Below are positions 17,005-26,165 of a stretch of DNA of 27,308 nucleotides, piece after piece. Source of the DNA: a virus (taxonomy: Duplodnaviria > Caudoviricetes); IMG/VR virus record IMGVR_UViG_3300031578_009556, positions 1-27,308 of that record; one strand, written 5' to 3'. The notes under the pieces were generated by a model. It did not search any database. It was not told where the DNA came from and saw only the letters and a program-made list of their open reading frames with translations. Each line of letters begins with the position of its first letter. Position 1 is the first letter of the stretch. The position numbers were made by a program, and so were the translations under genes.

Positions 17005-18051
17005 ATGAGAATTGAAGTAAAAAAGATTAAACCAAACCCGTTTAGAGACTTAACAAAGTACAAGATTGACTCCTATAAAGTAGATGCCCTTGTCACCTCT
17101 ATAAGAGAGACTTCCTTCTGGGACAATATTCTTGCCCGCCCTATGGATGGAAAATATGAAATTGCCTATGGCCATCACCGCCTTTTTGCCATTCAAAAGG
17201 TTGGGCTGGAAAAGGTGGATATCCCTGTTAGAGAATTGGATGATGCCACTATGATCAAGATCATGGCTAATGAAAACCTTGAAGAATGGAAATTGAACCC
17301 TTCCGTTATAAAGGAATCAGTAAGAGTGGCTAAGCATTATCTGGATGGCGAGCTGGCGAAGTGTGAGAGCTGGGAGAAATTAAAGAAAACCAATTTTAAT
17401 CTAATAAAAATATTAGATTTAAAATTTGACAAGCAGCCAGAAAGAGGATTCCAAATCCTTAAAGGAAAAGGTGTCGGCCAGACCACAATCCTCAAGTTCC
17501 TGGGAGGAAATTGGAAACAGTGGATGGTACAGGAAGCTCTTGCTCAGTTGAAGGAATCTGAATCTATGCAAGAGGCTGTTGAGGTTTTTGATACTCAGAC
17601 AGATGCCACTGAATTTAGGAAGATTATCAAAAAGGAGTTCAAAGATAAAGTCCCTAAAGGAAAAGAAAAAGAAGTGGCAGAGAGGGTGGCCGAAAAGGTA
17701 AGGGAAAAGAAAGGCCAAATTAAGAAGGGAGAAAAGACAGGCAGACATGATTATCGCCAAGACATGAAAACCTTTACTCGTATGGCTGTGGAGAACATAC
17801 CGGAAAAGGAGGCCAAACTAAAAGATATTCAATCAGAGATTGAAAGGTTTAATGAGCGGATAAGGACGGCCTACATAGGATCAAGAGACTTAAATTCGCT
17901 TCTTCAAGAATTGGAAGTTAAGAAGATTGAAGGGGTGAAATCTTTGTTTATTTTGGATAGTGTCTTTGATTTGTTACAAGAATTAAAGAAAACATTAGCT
18001 TTTTTTGGGTATGATTACCAACATTTACAATTGAAACAAAAGGAGGAATGA
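17005..18051 (+). CDS. ParB/Srx N-terminal-domain protein
   Basis: PNPFR...LVTSIRE...YEIAYGHHRLFA...ANENL ParB-N motifs; helical charged C-terminus. Confidence 0.85.
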   Translation: MRIEVKKIKPNPFRDLTKYKIDSYKVDALVTSIRETSFWDNILARPMDGKYEIAYGHHRLFAIQKVGLEKVDIPVRELDDATMIKIMANENLEEWKLNPSVIKESVRVAKHYLDGELAKCESWEKLKKTNFNLIKILDLKFDKQPERGFQILKGKGVGQTTILKFLGGNWKQWMVQEALAQLKESESMQEAVEVFDTQTDATEFRKIIKKEFKDKVPKGKEKEVAERVAEKVREKKGQIKKGEKTGRHDYRQDMKTFTRMAVENIPEKEAKLKDIQSEIERFNERIRTAYIGSRDLNSLLQELEVKKIEGVKSLFILDSVFDLLQELKKTLAFFGYDYQHLQLKQKEE

Positions 18052-18052
18052 A

Positions 18053-18637
18053 ATGGACTTTTTAGTAAAAAATGGAAATAAAGAAGAATATTGGAAGAGG
18101 ATAAAAGATGTCGCCCAGAAGCTTCATGAAAAGGCAGATGATCTCAGAAAAAAAGGAGAGACTTCTTTGACTCTCACCTGGGAGACCTTTTCCTTTGATG
18201 ACTATATGAAGGCAGGGCAGCCCTCAAGCCCCTTAGAAGAAAAATATTGGAAAGAGAAAAGGGCTAATATGTGGAAAGATGATGTTAATAAGGAGTTTTG
18301 TGATCGTGGATTTTCCGAATGGCTATTTGTTGAACCTGCAAAAGGGATTAGATTAGAAATTGACAGAATTGCAGATATGAAGCTTGTGCTCCAATCTATA
18401 AAGAAAATCTGTAGCACAAGCGATGGGAGAAGTGAACTTTTGATGCAAGCAAGCGAGCGCTGCACAGGAAAGAGGAAAAAGAGATTACAACAAGTAGCAC
18501 ATCTTTTGGGACCAGAAACATTACTGCCATTTATAGCAGGGTCGATTCAATTAGAGCCCTCCCTGACAATTTCGCAGAAAAACGAATTGTTGAATATGAT
18601 CGGGGAATATTCTTCAGACGAAGACGAAGAGAATTAA
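18053..18637 (+). CDS. Hypothetical protein coupled to the ParB-domain gene
   Basis: AGGAGG RBS; starts 1 nt after the ParB stop. Confidence 0.8.
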   Translation: MDFLVKNGNKEEYWKRIKDVAQKLHEKADDLRKKGETSLTLTWETFSFDDYMKAGQPSSPLEEKYWKEKRANMWKDDVNKEFCDRGFSEWLFVEPAKGIRLEIDRIADMKLVLQSIKKICSTSDGRSELLMQASERCTGKRKKRLQQVAHLLGPETLLPFIAGSIQLEPSLTISQKNELLNMIGEYSSDEDEEN

Positions 18638-18638
18638 A

Positions 18639-18669
18639 AATTATATGGCCGGGCAAGATTGAGGCCGAA
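18639..18669 (+). repeat. 31-bp direct repeat, copy 2 (orphan initiator C-terminus LYGRARLRPK*)
   Basis: AATTATATGGCCGGGCAAGATTGAGGCCGAA followed by ATAA (in-frame stop). Confidence 0.9.
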
Positions 18670-18696
18670 ATAATATACGGTCTGTTAGGAGGCGTA

Positions 18697-18867
18697 ATGG
18701 CAAAGATTATCTATCAACTAAGCGAAGAGGATAGATTAACAAACCACATACCAGAAGGGGTATGGCAATTAACCCATGAGCATGATGTTTTCATAGAGGA
18801 TTTCAAAACAAAAGAACTTATATCTGTTTTAGATTTGTGTTCGCCTAACAAACCAAACAAGGATTAA
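18697..18867 (+). CDS. Small hypothetical protein (56 aa, not in track)
   Basis: AGGAGG RBS; MAKIIYQLSEEDRLTNHIPEGVWQLTHEHDVFIEDFKTKELISVLDLCSPNKPNKD. Confidence 0.65.
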   Translation: MAKIIYQLSEEDRLTNHIPEGVWQLTHEHDVFIEDFKTKELISVLDLCSPNKPNKD

Positions 18868-18934
18868 CCTTGACCTACCCCTACAAAATAGTATCCCCCA
18901 AGAAAAGGGGGGATAAAAAGGAAGGAGAGGTGAG

Positions 18935-19207
18935 GTGATGGATGAAAAACGATTAAGAACACGATGGCGTAGATGGTTAGGAAATAAAACGGCTACTAAT
19001 AAACCGTATTGGACCGACCTTTTAGATTCAAATTGGTCTAGTTGGTGCAGACGTGTCTGCCAGAATCACGGAATCGGAATTGAATATGAAATGGGTTGGA
19101 CAAAAGAATCTGTAAAATCTATGTATCGTTTTTGTATAGATATTGCAACAATAGAAGAATTGATGAATCTGGATGGTATCTATGCTGCTGAGAAGGCTGG
19201 AATTTGA
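18935..19207 (+). CDS. Hypothetical Trp-rich protein
   Basis: GGAGAGGTGAGG RBS region; start may be ATG 18938. Confidence 0.7.
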   Translation: MMDEKRLRTRWRRWLGNKTATNKPYWTDLLDSNWSSWCRRVCQNHGIGIEYEMGWTKESVKSMYRFCIDIATIEELMNLDGIYAAEKAGI

Positions 19208-19244
19208 AACACTCCGGAGCCCTCGCAACCAGGAAAGGAGAACC

Positions 19245-19649
19245 ATGACCCACGAGCAACAAAACGATTTTCTGGCAACTGAGGCAATGGATTGGCATCT
19301 CATAGATCTTGACGGATGGACACCGGTATATCAAGACATCCCTACAGTGACAGGGGTTTGGTGGGCAGATAAAGAAAATAAGCTCATCATCTTATACAAG
19401 GACTGGAACCCTACCTCAAACTTCGAGCAGGCGATGATGGTAGCCAAACAACTAAGGATAAAGCATTCATTATGGCTGACCCTACATCAAGTACCGAGCA
19501 AAACCGCTGAATGGCATGCATATTTTACTTTTGGGGGTATGGCAGTTGGGAATAGGATGCGGGGAGAGGCTTATTCCTCGAAGGATGAGCCCGCCCAGGC
19601 CATATGTGCCGCCGCTATCAAAGCGAAGGGGGGGGAGTATGTTTTTTAA
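19245..19649 (+). CDS. Phage ABA-sandwich/BC1872-like protein (start re-called at ATG 19245)
   Basis: AGGAG RBS; LATEAMDW...WNPTSNFEQAMMV...PAQAICAAAIKA pattern. Confidence 0.7.
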   Translation: MTHEQQNDFLATEAMDWHLIDLDGWTPVYQDIPTVTGVWWADKENKLIILYKDWNPTSNFEQAMMVAKQLRIKHSLWLTLHQVPSKTAEWHAYFTFGGMAVGNRMRGEAYSSKDEPAQAICAAAIKAKGGEYVF

Positions 19650-19842
19650 TCGTTGCTGCCCTAACTGTGACAAAGAATGGAATTATTATCGTGGTGCTGT
19701 TGAACATGGCCTAGGTGGTCAGCAGTTAGAACCGGATGAGGCCGATTGCCCTCATTGTGGGTTCTACTGGCAACAGCGCGTTAAAAACCCACCGATAAAA
19801 GAAATGGTTGAGAGGTTCAGGAAGGCGAAAGGGGGTGAGTAG
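19639..19842 (+). CDS. Small zinc-ribbon protein (start re-called at ATG 19639)
   Basis: CPNC...CPHC; G-rich RBS. Confidence 0.7.
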   Translation: MFFNRCCPNCDKEWNYYRGAVEHGLGGQQLEPDEADCPHCGFYWQQRVKNPPIKEMVERFRKAKGGE

Positions 19843-19989
19843 GTGAGACCAGAAAAGTTATGTCTCGGAGAAAAAGGACGTTATAAGCGTTATCTGAAAA
19901 AAATTGCTAACCGATGGAGACGCAGGACAGAGAAAAAATTGCTCGACAACGCTCCGAAGAAAAATGAGTACAAGGGGTGGAGTTTATAA
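19843..19989 (+). CDS. Small basic protein (48 aa, not in track)
   Basis: GTG directly after the previous stop; MRPEKLCLGEKGRYKRYLKKIANRWRRRTEKKLLDNAPKKNEYKGWSL; TAATG coupling to the next gene. Confidence 0.65.
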   Translation: MRPEKLCLGEKGRYKRYLKKIANRWRRRTEKKLLDNAPKKNEYKGWSL

Positions 19990-20186
19990 TGCCCACACGA
20001 GAGCAAAAGAAATGCCCCATTTGTGGTAGCCCAATTAATTATGTATATGAACAAGGCAAGGGTTTCACAGTTTACGAATGCACAGGCAATGATTGTCTGC
20101 CATGGCCTGTCGGAGGGGCAAGGAAGAGACGAGAGGCAGGGCTGCCACCAATTATACCAACAAGATTTGAAAAGAGAAATATATGA
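19989..20186 (+). CDS. Small zinc-ribbon protein (start re-called at ATG 19989)
   Basis: CPICG...YECTGNDC; coupled on both sides. Confidence 0.65.
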   Translation: MPTREQKKCPICGSPINYVYEQGKGFTVYECTGNDCLPWPVGGARKRREAGLPPIIPTRFEKRNI

Positions 20187-20740
20187 AATTAAGAAAAGAG
20201 GATTGTTGGATTCAAACCTATACAGGAAAACGATTCTTTCTCTTTAACCCAACTCCTGAAGCAATTGATATAATCGACATTGCCCATTCTCTTGGAAAGA
20301 AATGCCGATTCAACGGCCATACAATCAATGGAAATTACTCAGTTGCTGAACATAGTTTGTTGGTTTGCAAACTTCTGGAAGATATTTGTGAATCGGCTGC
20401 TTTATGGGGACTGTTGCACGATGCCTCAGAAGCATACACTGGAGACATACCTAGTCCAATCAAACCTTTTTTAAACGGATTCAAAAAGATCGAAAGAGAT
20501 ATTCAAAAATGCATCGCTCAAAAATTTAACTTACCCTGGCCGATGCCAAAAATTGTGAAATGGGCAGATATTACTCTTCTAACAAATGAAGCGAATGTTG
20601 TTATGAGAACCCCTCATCCTGCAAAGTGGGGAACAATCCAGAAATGGCTCCCGTTTGGAATCAAAACTAATAACTGGAATTGGCAGGAAGCAACTGAAGA
20701 ATTTTTAAATAAATGTGCTTATTTTGGTATAATTAAATGA
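20183..20740 (+). CDS. HD-domain phosphohydrolase (YfbR/YfdR-like 5'-deoxynucleotidase)
   Basis: DIAHSL..CRFNGH, YSVAEHS, LLHDASEAYTGDIPSPIK, VKWAD. Confidence 0.9.
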   Translation: MKLRKEDCWIQTYTGKRFFLFNPTPEAIDIIDIAHSLGKKCRFNGHTINGNYSVAEHSLLVCKLLEDICESAALWGLLHDASEAYTGDIPSPIKPFLNGFKKIERDIQKCIAQKFNLPWPMPKIVKWADITLLTNEANVVMRTPHPAKWGTIQKWLPFGIKTNNWNWQEATEEFLNKCAYFGIIK

Positions 20741-20982
20741 TCCGCTGTAAAAAATATCCATACAAAAATAGAAAAGAGGCCCAAGCAACGTTGAAGTTCC
20801 GACAAGAACTTCCTTTTGGTACTCCGTATCGTTGCCAAATTTGTGGATACTGGCATTTAGGGCACAAAAACAAGACTCCAAAAAAGAGTCCCTTGGGCAG
20901 AATCTATAGGAAAAGGGCAGTTGAAAGGCGGCACCTGAACAGATTATTTCAAGCGATTGATGAAATGTGTGGGGTTGAATAA
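20737..20982 (+). CDS. Small zinc-finger phage protein
   Basis: CKKYPY...EA...YRCQICGYWHL. Confidence 0.75.
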   Translation: MIRCKKYPYKNRKEAQATLKFRQELPFGTPYRCQICGYWHLGHKNKTPKKSPLGRIYRKRAVERRHLNRLFQAIDEMCGVE

Positions 20983-22346
20983 TGGAAGATTATGATCGGT
21001 TTTTAGAGAGGAAATCTCAGCTCGGTTCCAATTTTGGATTTGATCCTATTTTTATGCCGGATTTTCTTTTTGATTTTCAAAGGAGCCTTGTTGATTGGTC
21101 AATTAGAAAAGGGAGGTCTGCTATCTTTGCTGATTGTGGAATGGGCAAAACACCAATGCAATTAGTCTGGGCAGAGAATATTGTAAGAAAAACTAACAAA
21201 AGAGTATTGATCGCAACTCCATTGGCAGTAGGCTGTCAAACAGTTCGAGAAGGGGAGAAGTTTGGAATTGAGGTAATAATGTCAAAAGATGGAACCCCGA
21301 AGGAGAAAATAACCGTCACAAATTATGAAAGGTTGCATTTATTTAACTCCTCTGATTATGAAGGGTTTGTATCTGACGAGTCTGGCATTCTTAAAAATTT
21401 TGATGGAGCACGTCGAAAAACAATTACAGAATTTGTAAAAAAAATGCCTTACCGTTTATTGTGCACTGCAACGGCGGCTCCTAATGATTACATCGAATTA
21501 GGGACCTCTTCAGAGTCCCTTGGAATAATGGGTTATATAGACATGCTTAACCGATTCTTTAAAAATGACAATAATACCTCAGCCCTAAATAGATTCCATG
21601 GACAAGCTAAACAATGGAGGTTTAAAAGGCACGCAGAACAACCGTTTTGGGAATGGGTTTGCTCATGGGCAAGGGCGATTAGAAAACCGTCAGATATGGG
21701 ATTTGAAGATGGAAAATTTATTTTGCCCCCCCTTATAGAAAAGGAAACCATCATTCATTGCTCAAGGCCCTTAAACGGGGGGTTGCTTGTTGAACCTGCA
21801 AAAACTTTGAAAGAGCAAAGACAAGAGAGAAGAATGACCCTTAGAGAAAGATGTGAAATGGCAGCTAGCAAAGTTGCTGATGACAAAATTGCAATTGTTT
21901 GGTGTCATCTAAATGACGAAGCAGATTTGCTCGAAAGAATTATACCTGAAGCAAAACAAGTAAGTGGACCGATGACAGACGACAGGAAAGAGGAAATTCT
22001 TGTTGAATTTTCCGATAGCAATTTGCGGGTTTTGATTACCAAGCCCCGCATAGGAGCCTTTGGATTGAATTGGCAACATTGTTCACACATGACTTTTTTC
22101 CCATCTCATTCATTTGAACAGTATTATCAAGGGACAAGAAGATGTTGGCGATTCGGTCAAAAAAAGCCCGTTACAGTTGATATTATAACAACAGAAGGAG
22201 AATTGAGAGTGTTAAAAAATCTTCAGAAGAAAGCAAAGGCCGCTGATAAAATGTTTTCTTCTCTCATCAAATATATGAACAACTCAGTTGAAATAAAAAA
22301 AGAAGAAGGCTACAACGAAAAAGAAAGGATTCCATTATGGATGTAA
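20982..22346 (+). CDS. SNF2-like SF2 helicase
   Basis: DCGMGKT, DESG, TAT, GLNWQ and QGTRRCWRFGQ motifs. Confidence 0.9.
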   Translation: MEDYDRFLERKSQLGSNFGFDPIFMPDFLFDFQRSLVDWSIRKGRSAIFADCGMGKTPMQLVWAENIVRKTNKRVLIATPLAVGCQTVREGEKFGIEVIMSKDGTPKEKITVTNYERLHLFNSSDYEGFVSDESGILKNFDGARRKTITEFVKKMPYRLLCTATAAPNDYIELGTSSESLGIMGYIDMLNRFFKNDNNTSALNRFHGQAKQWRFKRHAEQPFWEWVCSWARAIRKPSDMGFEDGKFILPPLIEKETIIHCSRPLNGGLLVEPAKTLKEQRQERRMTLRERCEMAASKVADDKIAIVWCHLNDEADLLERIIPEAKQVSGPMTDDRKEEILVEFSDSNLRVLITKPRIGAFGLNWQHCSHMTFFPSHSFEQYYQGTRRCWRFGQKKPVTVDIITTEGELRVLKNLQKKAKAADKMFSSLIKYMNNSVEIKKEEGYNEKERIPLWM

Positions 22347-23293
22347 TAAATCAAAAAATTGAAGACAAATATGCAATTTACCAAGGGGATTGTATTGATG
22401 TTATGAAACCCATTCCTGATGAGAGAATTCACCTTTCTGTATATTCTCCCCCGTTTGGAGGGTTATATCATTATTCATCTTCTGAACGAGATTTATCAAA
22501 CTGCAAAGATTATAAGCAGTTTTTTGAGCATTATGGGTATGTAGTTCAAGGGTTGTTCAGAATAACCTTGCCGGGGAGGATTACAGCGGTCCATTGTATG
22601 GATGTTCCGACTGGTAATAGCGGTAGAGATCATCTCACTGACTTCCCAGGGGATATAATTCGATTACATGAAAAAATCGGTTTTGAATATATCTCCCGCT
22701 ATTCAGTATGGAAAGAACCCCTTGGAGTTCGCAATCGTACAATGGCTAAAAACCTTGCCCATAAAACGATTGTTGAAGATTCTTCTTTATGTAGTGTCGC
22801 ATCGGCAGATTATCTTGTATGTTTTCGTAAAAAAGGAGAAAATAAAATTCCTATAGCCCATCCCCAGGGGTTGACAGAGTATGCAGGGGCAAGAAAGATT
22901 CCACCAGATCTATTGAAATATAAAAATTACAGAGGAAATCAAATTGAAAATCGTTATTCACATTGGATTTGGAGGCAATACGCTTCTGCCTTTTGGGATG
23001 ATGTTCGGATTAAAAACGTTCTACCTTTCAAAAGATCAAAAGACGAGAAGGATGAAAAACATATACACCCTTTACAACTCGATGTAATCGAACGATGCAT
23101 AATTCTTTGGAGCAATCCGGGGGAAACAGTTTTCACTCCATTTATGGGGGTCGGGTCAGAGGTCTATGGAGCAGTTGTCAATAATCGAAAAGGGATAGGG
23201 ATAGAATTGAAAACATCATATTATCGGCAAGCAGAAAAAAATCTTTTACGGGCTGTTGCTAATGTAGGTGAAATTAAGGGGTTTGGACTATAA
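22337..23293 (+). CDS. DNA methyltransferase, N4-C/N6-A family (beta class)
   Basis: GDC, YSPPF catalytic motif, HIHPLQ, PFMGVGS, GIELK. Confidence 0.9.
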   Translation: MDVINQKIEDKYAIYQGDCIDVMKPIPDERIHLSVYSPPFGGLYHYSSSERDLSNCKDYKQFFEHYGYVVQGLFRITLPGRITAVHCMDVPTGNSGRDHLTDFPGDIIRLHEKIGFEYISRYSVWKEPLGVRNRTMAKNLAHKTIVEDSSLCSVASADYLVCFRKKGENKIPIAHPQGLTEYAGARKIPPDLLKYKNYRGNQIENRYSHWIWRQYASAFWDDVRIKNVLPFKRSKDEKDEKHIHPLQLDVIERCIILWSNPGETVFTPFMGVGSEVYGAVVNNRKGIGIELKTSYYRQAEKNLLRAVANVGEIKGFGL

Positions 23294-23937
23294 TGTTAAC
23301 CCCATATTTTGAAACTAAATTAGGCAAGCTATATCACGGAGACTGCCTTGAGATAATGCCGCACCTTGATCCGGTGGACTTGGTGTTGACTGACCCGCCG
23401 TATGGAGTCGATAAAGCAGAATGGGACACCGGATATGTTTCGGTTGAACCGATGCTTATTCAAAAAGCCGCCGGGGTAATTATAAATTGTGGAGAACAAA
23501 ACATCGCTACCTGTGTCAATGCCCTTGGCGACAATTACAGGGGTCTTTTTTATGGATGGAACATGAACGGAATGACAAGGGGGCCGCTTGGATACATGAA
23601 CATAATCCTTGCTGTTTGCGGTGGAAAATTAAAGCGGGGCATGAATATTTGTAAGTTTACAATAAAAGACCTGACTCGCAAAAACCATCCGTCACCAAAA
23701 CCGATTGAATATTATCGTGAAGTTTTGTTTCGGTTTTCAGATGAAAATCAATCTATTCTTGACCCCTTCCTTGGCAGCGGTACGACCGCCGTAGCCTGCG
23801 AGTACCTTAACCGCCGATGGATAGGAATTGAAATTGAAGAAAAGTATTGTGAAATAGCAGCAAAAAGGATTGATGAAGTAAATTTCGGGTTGCAACAAGT
23901 ATCAGAAGGGAAGCCACCAGAAGGATTGATATATTAA
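23293..23937 (+). CDS. DNA methyltransferase, N6-adenine type (beta class)
   Basis: HGDCL, TDPPY, HPSPKP, DPFLGSGTT, GIEI. Confidence 0.93.
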   Translation: MLTPYFETKLGKLYHGDCLEIMPHLDPVDLVLTDPPYGVDKAEWDTGYVSVEPMLIQKAAGVIINCGEQNIATCVNALGDNYRGLFYGWNMNGMTRGPLGYMNIILAVCGGKLKRGMNICKFTIKDLTRKNHPSPKPIEYYREVLFRFSDENQSILDPFLGSGTTAVACEYLNRRWIGIEIEEKYCEIAAKRIDEVNFGLQQVSEGKPPEGLIY

Positions 23938-25527
23938 ATGACAGAAATCATCCGCCGGAAACCGGCAATTGATTCTCGCATCGAGAGGTCTATCCTTACA
24001 GGCATGATTACATCGGAAAGGTTTCTCACTGAGATTCAATCTTTCTATCGCCCAAATATTCTCCGCAGTGATTTTGCCAACACTGTTGCTGAATGGTGCC
24101 AGGACTATTATCAACGATACAAAAAACCGCCTGCAAATGCAATCGAGGACATTTTCAGAACACACCGAGAAAGGCAACTTGAACCTGCACAAGCAGAATT
24201 AATCGAGACTTTTCTTTCCAGCATCAGTCAAGAATATGAAACAGGAGAGAAATTTAATGCTCCTTATATTCTTGATCAAGCGGAAAAGCATTTCAGACTT
24301 TCTGCATTAGAGAATCATAGGTTTGAATTATCTAAGTGCATTGCCGGGGGGAGAATCGATGATGGAGAAGCATTGGTTGCAAACTTCAAAAGGGTAGCCA
24401 GGCAAGAAATCAAAGGTATTGACCCTTTTGATGAGAAATCAATTATAAATGCCTTGGATGAAAACAGAGGAGATGTCCTTTTTAAATTACATGGTGCCCT
24501 TGGTAAGGCCGTCGGCAGCCTTGAGAGAGGTCACCTTTTCGCTGTTGTCGGAGCCTCTGGAATTGGGAAAACGTGGTGGTTATTATATATTGCTCTAAGG
24601 GCTTTGTTCAGTGGATACCGGGTCTTGTTTGTGAGCCTGGAAATGAGCGAAAGACAAATAATCCAGCGTATTCTTCACTGGCTCACTGGATTGCCAAAGG
24701 AGAAATATGCCGGGCAGGTATTGATACCTGTTTTTGATTGCATAAAAAATCAGACAGGAGAATGTGATGATGGCTGCAAGGTTTCGCTAATTGAGAAAGG
24801 GGCAAAAGATAAATCCTATTTCAACAGGCCAGATTTTAAGCACGCTCCAAAAGGCTATAAACCGTGCACTGAATGTATGGGGACAGCGGCTTTTCAACCA
24901 ACCTCGTGGTATAAAGAAAGGGAATTTTTGGATAAAGAGATTAGAAAGATGAGGAAAGAAAGCGAAAGAAAAGTCCATGAATTTCTTGAAATTCCAACAG
25001 CAATAAAAAAGAAAAAGGCAATTGAGCGGCTTGCAGCCGTCCGTAATAAACGTCTAAAAATTGCTCAGTTTCCTTCTGGCGAATTAACTATGCAAGGGTT
25101 TGAAACTTACCTGGACAACCTGGAATATTATGAAGGTTTTGTTTCCGATGTGATTATAACTGATTATGCAGATAAATTCAAACGATCAGAGCGAGAATAC
25201 CGGCATGGAATAAATGAAATTTGGGAAGGCCACAAGGCAATCGCCCAGAAAAGGCATTGCCTGGTGGCAACTGGTAGCCAGTCCAGTGCAGCCCGGAGCG
25301 GAAGGGATACTAAACGAGGAGATTGGGCAGAGGATATCAGAAAACTGAATTTGATTGATGTCGGTTTTGCAATCAACCAGAATGATTGGGAACATGATAA
25401 TCATATTTACAGATGTGGAGTTGCAAAACAGAGACATGACGAATTTTCCTTGGTCGGGCAGATAATGGTTTTAAATCAATTGAGGATTGGAAGACCGTAC
25501 ATTTCATCGTATCAGATGATAGGATAA
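23938..25527 (+). CDS. Replicative DNA helicase, DnaB/SF4-like, with a Cys-rich insertion
   Basis: Walker A GASGIGKT, FVSLEMSE, IITDYAD, ATGSQ, AED, KQR. Confidence 0.85.
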   Translation: MTEIIRRKPAIDSRIERSILTGMITSERFLTEIQSFYRPNILRSDFANTVAEWCQDYYQRYKKPPANAIEDIFRTHRERQLEPAQAELIETFLSSISQEYETGEKFNAPYILDQAEKHFRLSALENHRFELSKCIAGGRIDDGEALVANFKRVARQEIKGIDPFDEKSIINALDENRGDVLFKLHGALGKAVGSLERGHLFAVVGASGIGKTWWLLYIALRALFSGYRVLFVSLEMSERQIIQRILHWLTGLPKEKYAGQVLIPVFDCIKNQTGECDDGCKVSLIEKGAKDKSYFNRPDFKHAPKGYKPCTECMGTAAFQPTSWYKEREFLDKEIRKMRKESERKVHEFLEIPTAIKKKKAIERLAAVRNKRLKIAQFPSGELTMQGFETYLDNLEYYEGFVSDVIITDYADKFKRSEREYRHGINEIWEGHKAIAQKRHCLVATGSQSSAARSGRDTKRGDWAEDIRKLNLIDVGFAINQNDWEHDNHIYRCGVAKQRHDEFSLVGQIMVLNQLRIGRPYISSYQMIG

Positions 25528-25551
25528 AAAAATATTAAAAAACTCTTCAAG

Positions 25552-25578
25552 ATTTGAACGGCTTTTCAGTATAATAAG
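25552..25578 (+). promoter_or_regulatory. Conserved promoter-like motif, copy 2
   Basis: ATTTGAACGGCTTTTCAGTATAATAAG, intergenic, upstream of the RBS and ATG 25625. Confidence 0.65.
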
Positions 25579-25624
25579 TTAAAGGATAAAATAAACAATC
25601 AAACAAAAAAAAGGAGAAAGAAAG

Positions 25625-26161
25625 ATGAAAGCAAAAGACATTACCAAAAAATTATTTGCAGATGCCTGCGACGACCTGAATGCCGTCATGAAACTGGACC
25701 CTCCCATTCCAACCGATCCAGAGGCCAAGGAAGTGACCAAGGCCACATTGGAAGCTGACTTGAGAGAGGCAGCAGCAGAATTGCAGGTGGACGATGTTTT
25801 AAAGCCCAAGACGGTTGAAGTGCTGGAGACATTGGGGGTTGAGGTACCGAAGGCAGGGACAGTGGAAGCGGGAGAAGAAAAGAAGGAAGAGAGAAAGGAA
25901 GAGAAAGAGGAAAGTCCTCTGAAAAATCAATCTACCAAACAGCCCAAATTTACACGTATTCAGGCAGTTGGTCAAGCCTTCCTTGATGCCCCCAAAGATG
26001 GCATCAGTCGAGATAATCTGGTTACTGCGTCAGATAAGATTTATGCTGATAAAGGCGGCAAATCCAACTCCAAGGAAGCAAAGTGGTCAGTCAAGCTATT
26101 TTTGGATGTTCTCGGTTCAGTTTCCTTGATTAAGGAAGTTGAAGGAAAGTTCAGTTCATAA
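25625..26161 (+). CDS. Hypothetical protein (acidic N-domain, charged linker, small C-domain)
   Basis: AGGAG RBS; 178 aa. Confidence 0.85.
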   Translation: MKAKDITKKLFADACDDLNAVMKLDPPIPTDPEAKEVTKATLEADLREAAAELQVDDVLKPKTVEVLETLGVEVPKAGTVEAGEEKKEERKEEKEESPLKNQSTKQPKFTRIQAVGQAFLDAPKDGISRDNLVTASDKIYADKGGKSNSKEAKWSVKLFLDVLGSVSLIKEVEGKFSS

Positions 26162-26165
26162 GAAA

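Noticed and set aside
18892-18915. TATCCCCC/GGGGGATA hairpin as a plus-strand terminator
   Set aside because: It is followed by A residues rather than a U-tract; it could act only on antisense transcripts and this is unsupported.
20982-23937. Host restriction-modification or DISARM/BREX-type defence island
   Set aside because: No restriction nuclease or other signature genes; the genes are coupled within a phage replication operon.
26139-26165. TTG start for the HNH given in the ORF track
   Set aside because: It overlaps the previous gene; ATG 26166 follows the upstream stop by 4 nt and matches the radical SAM N-terminus.
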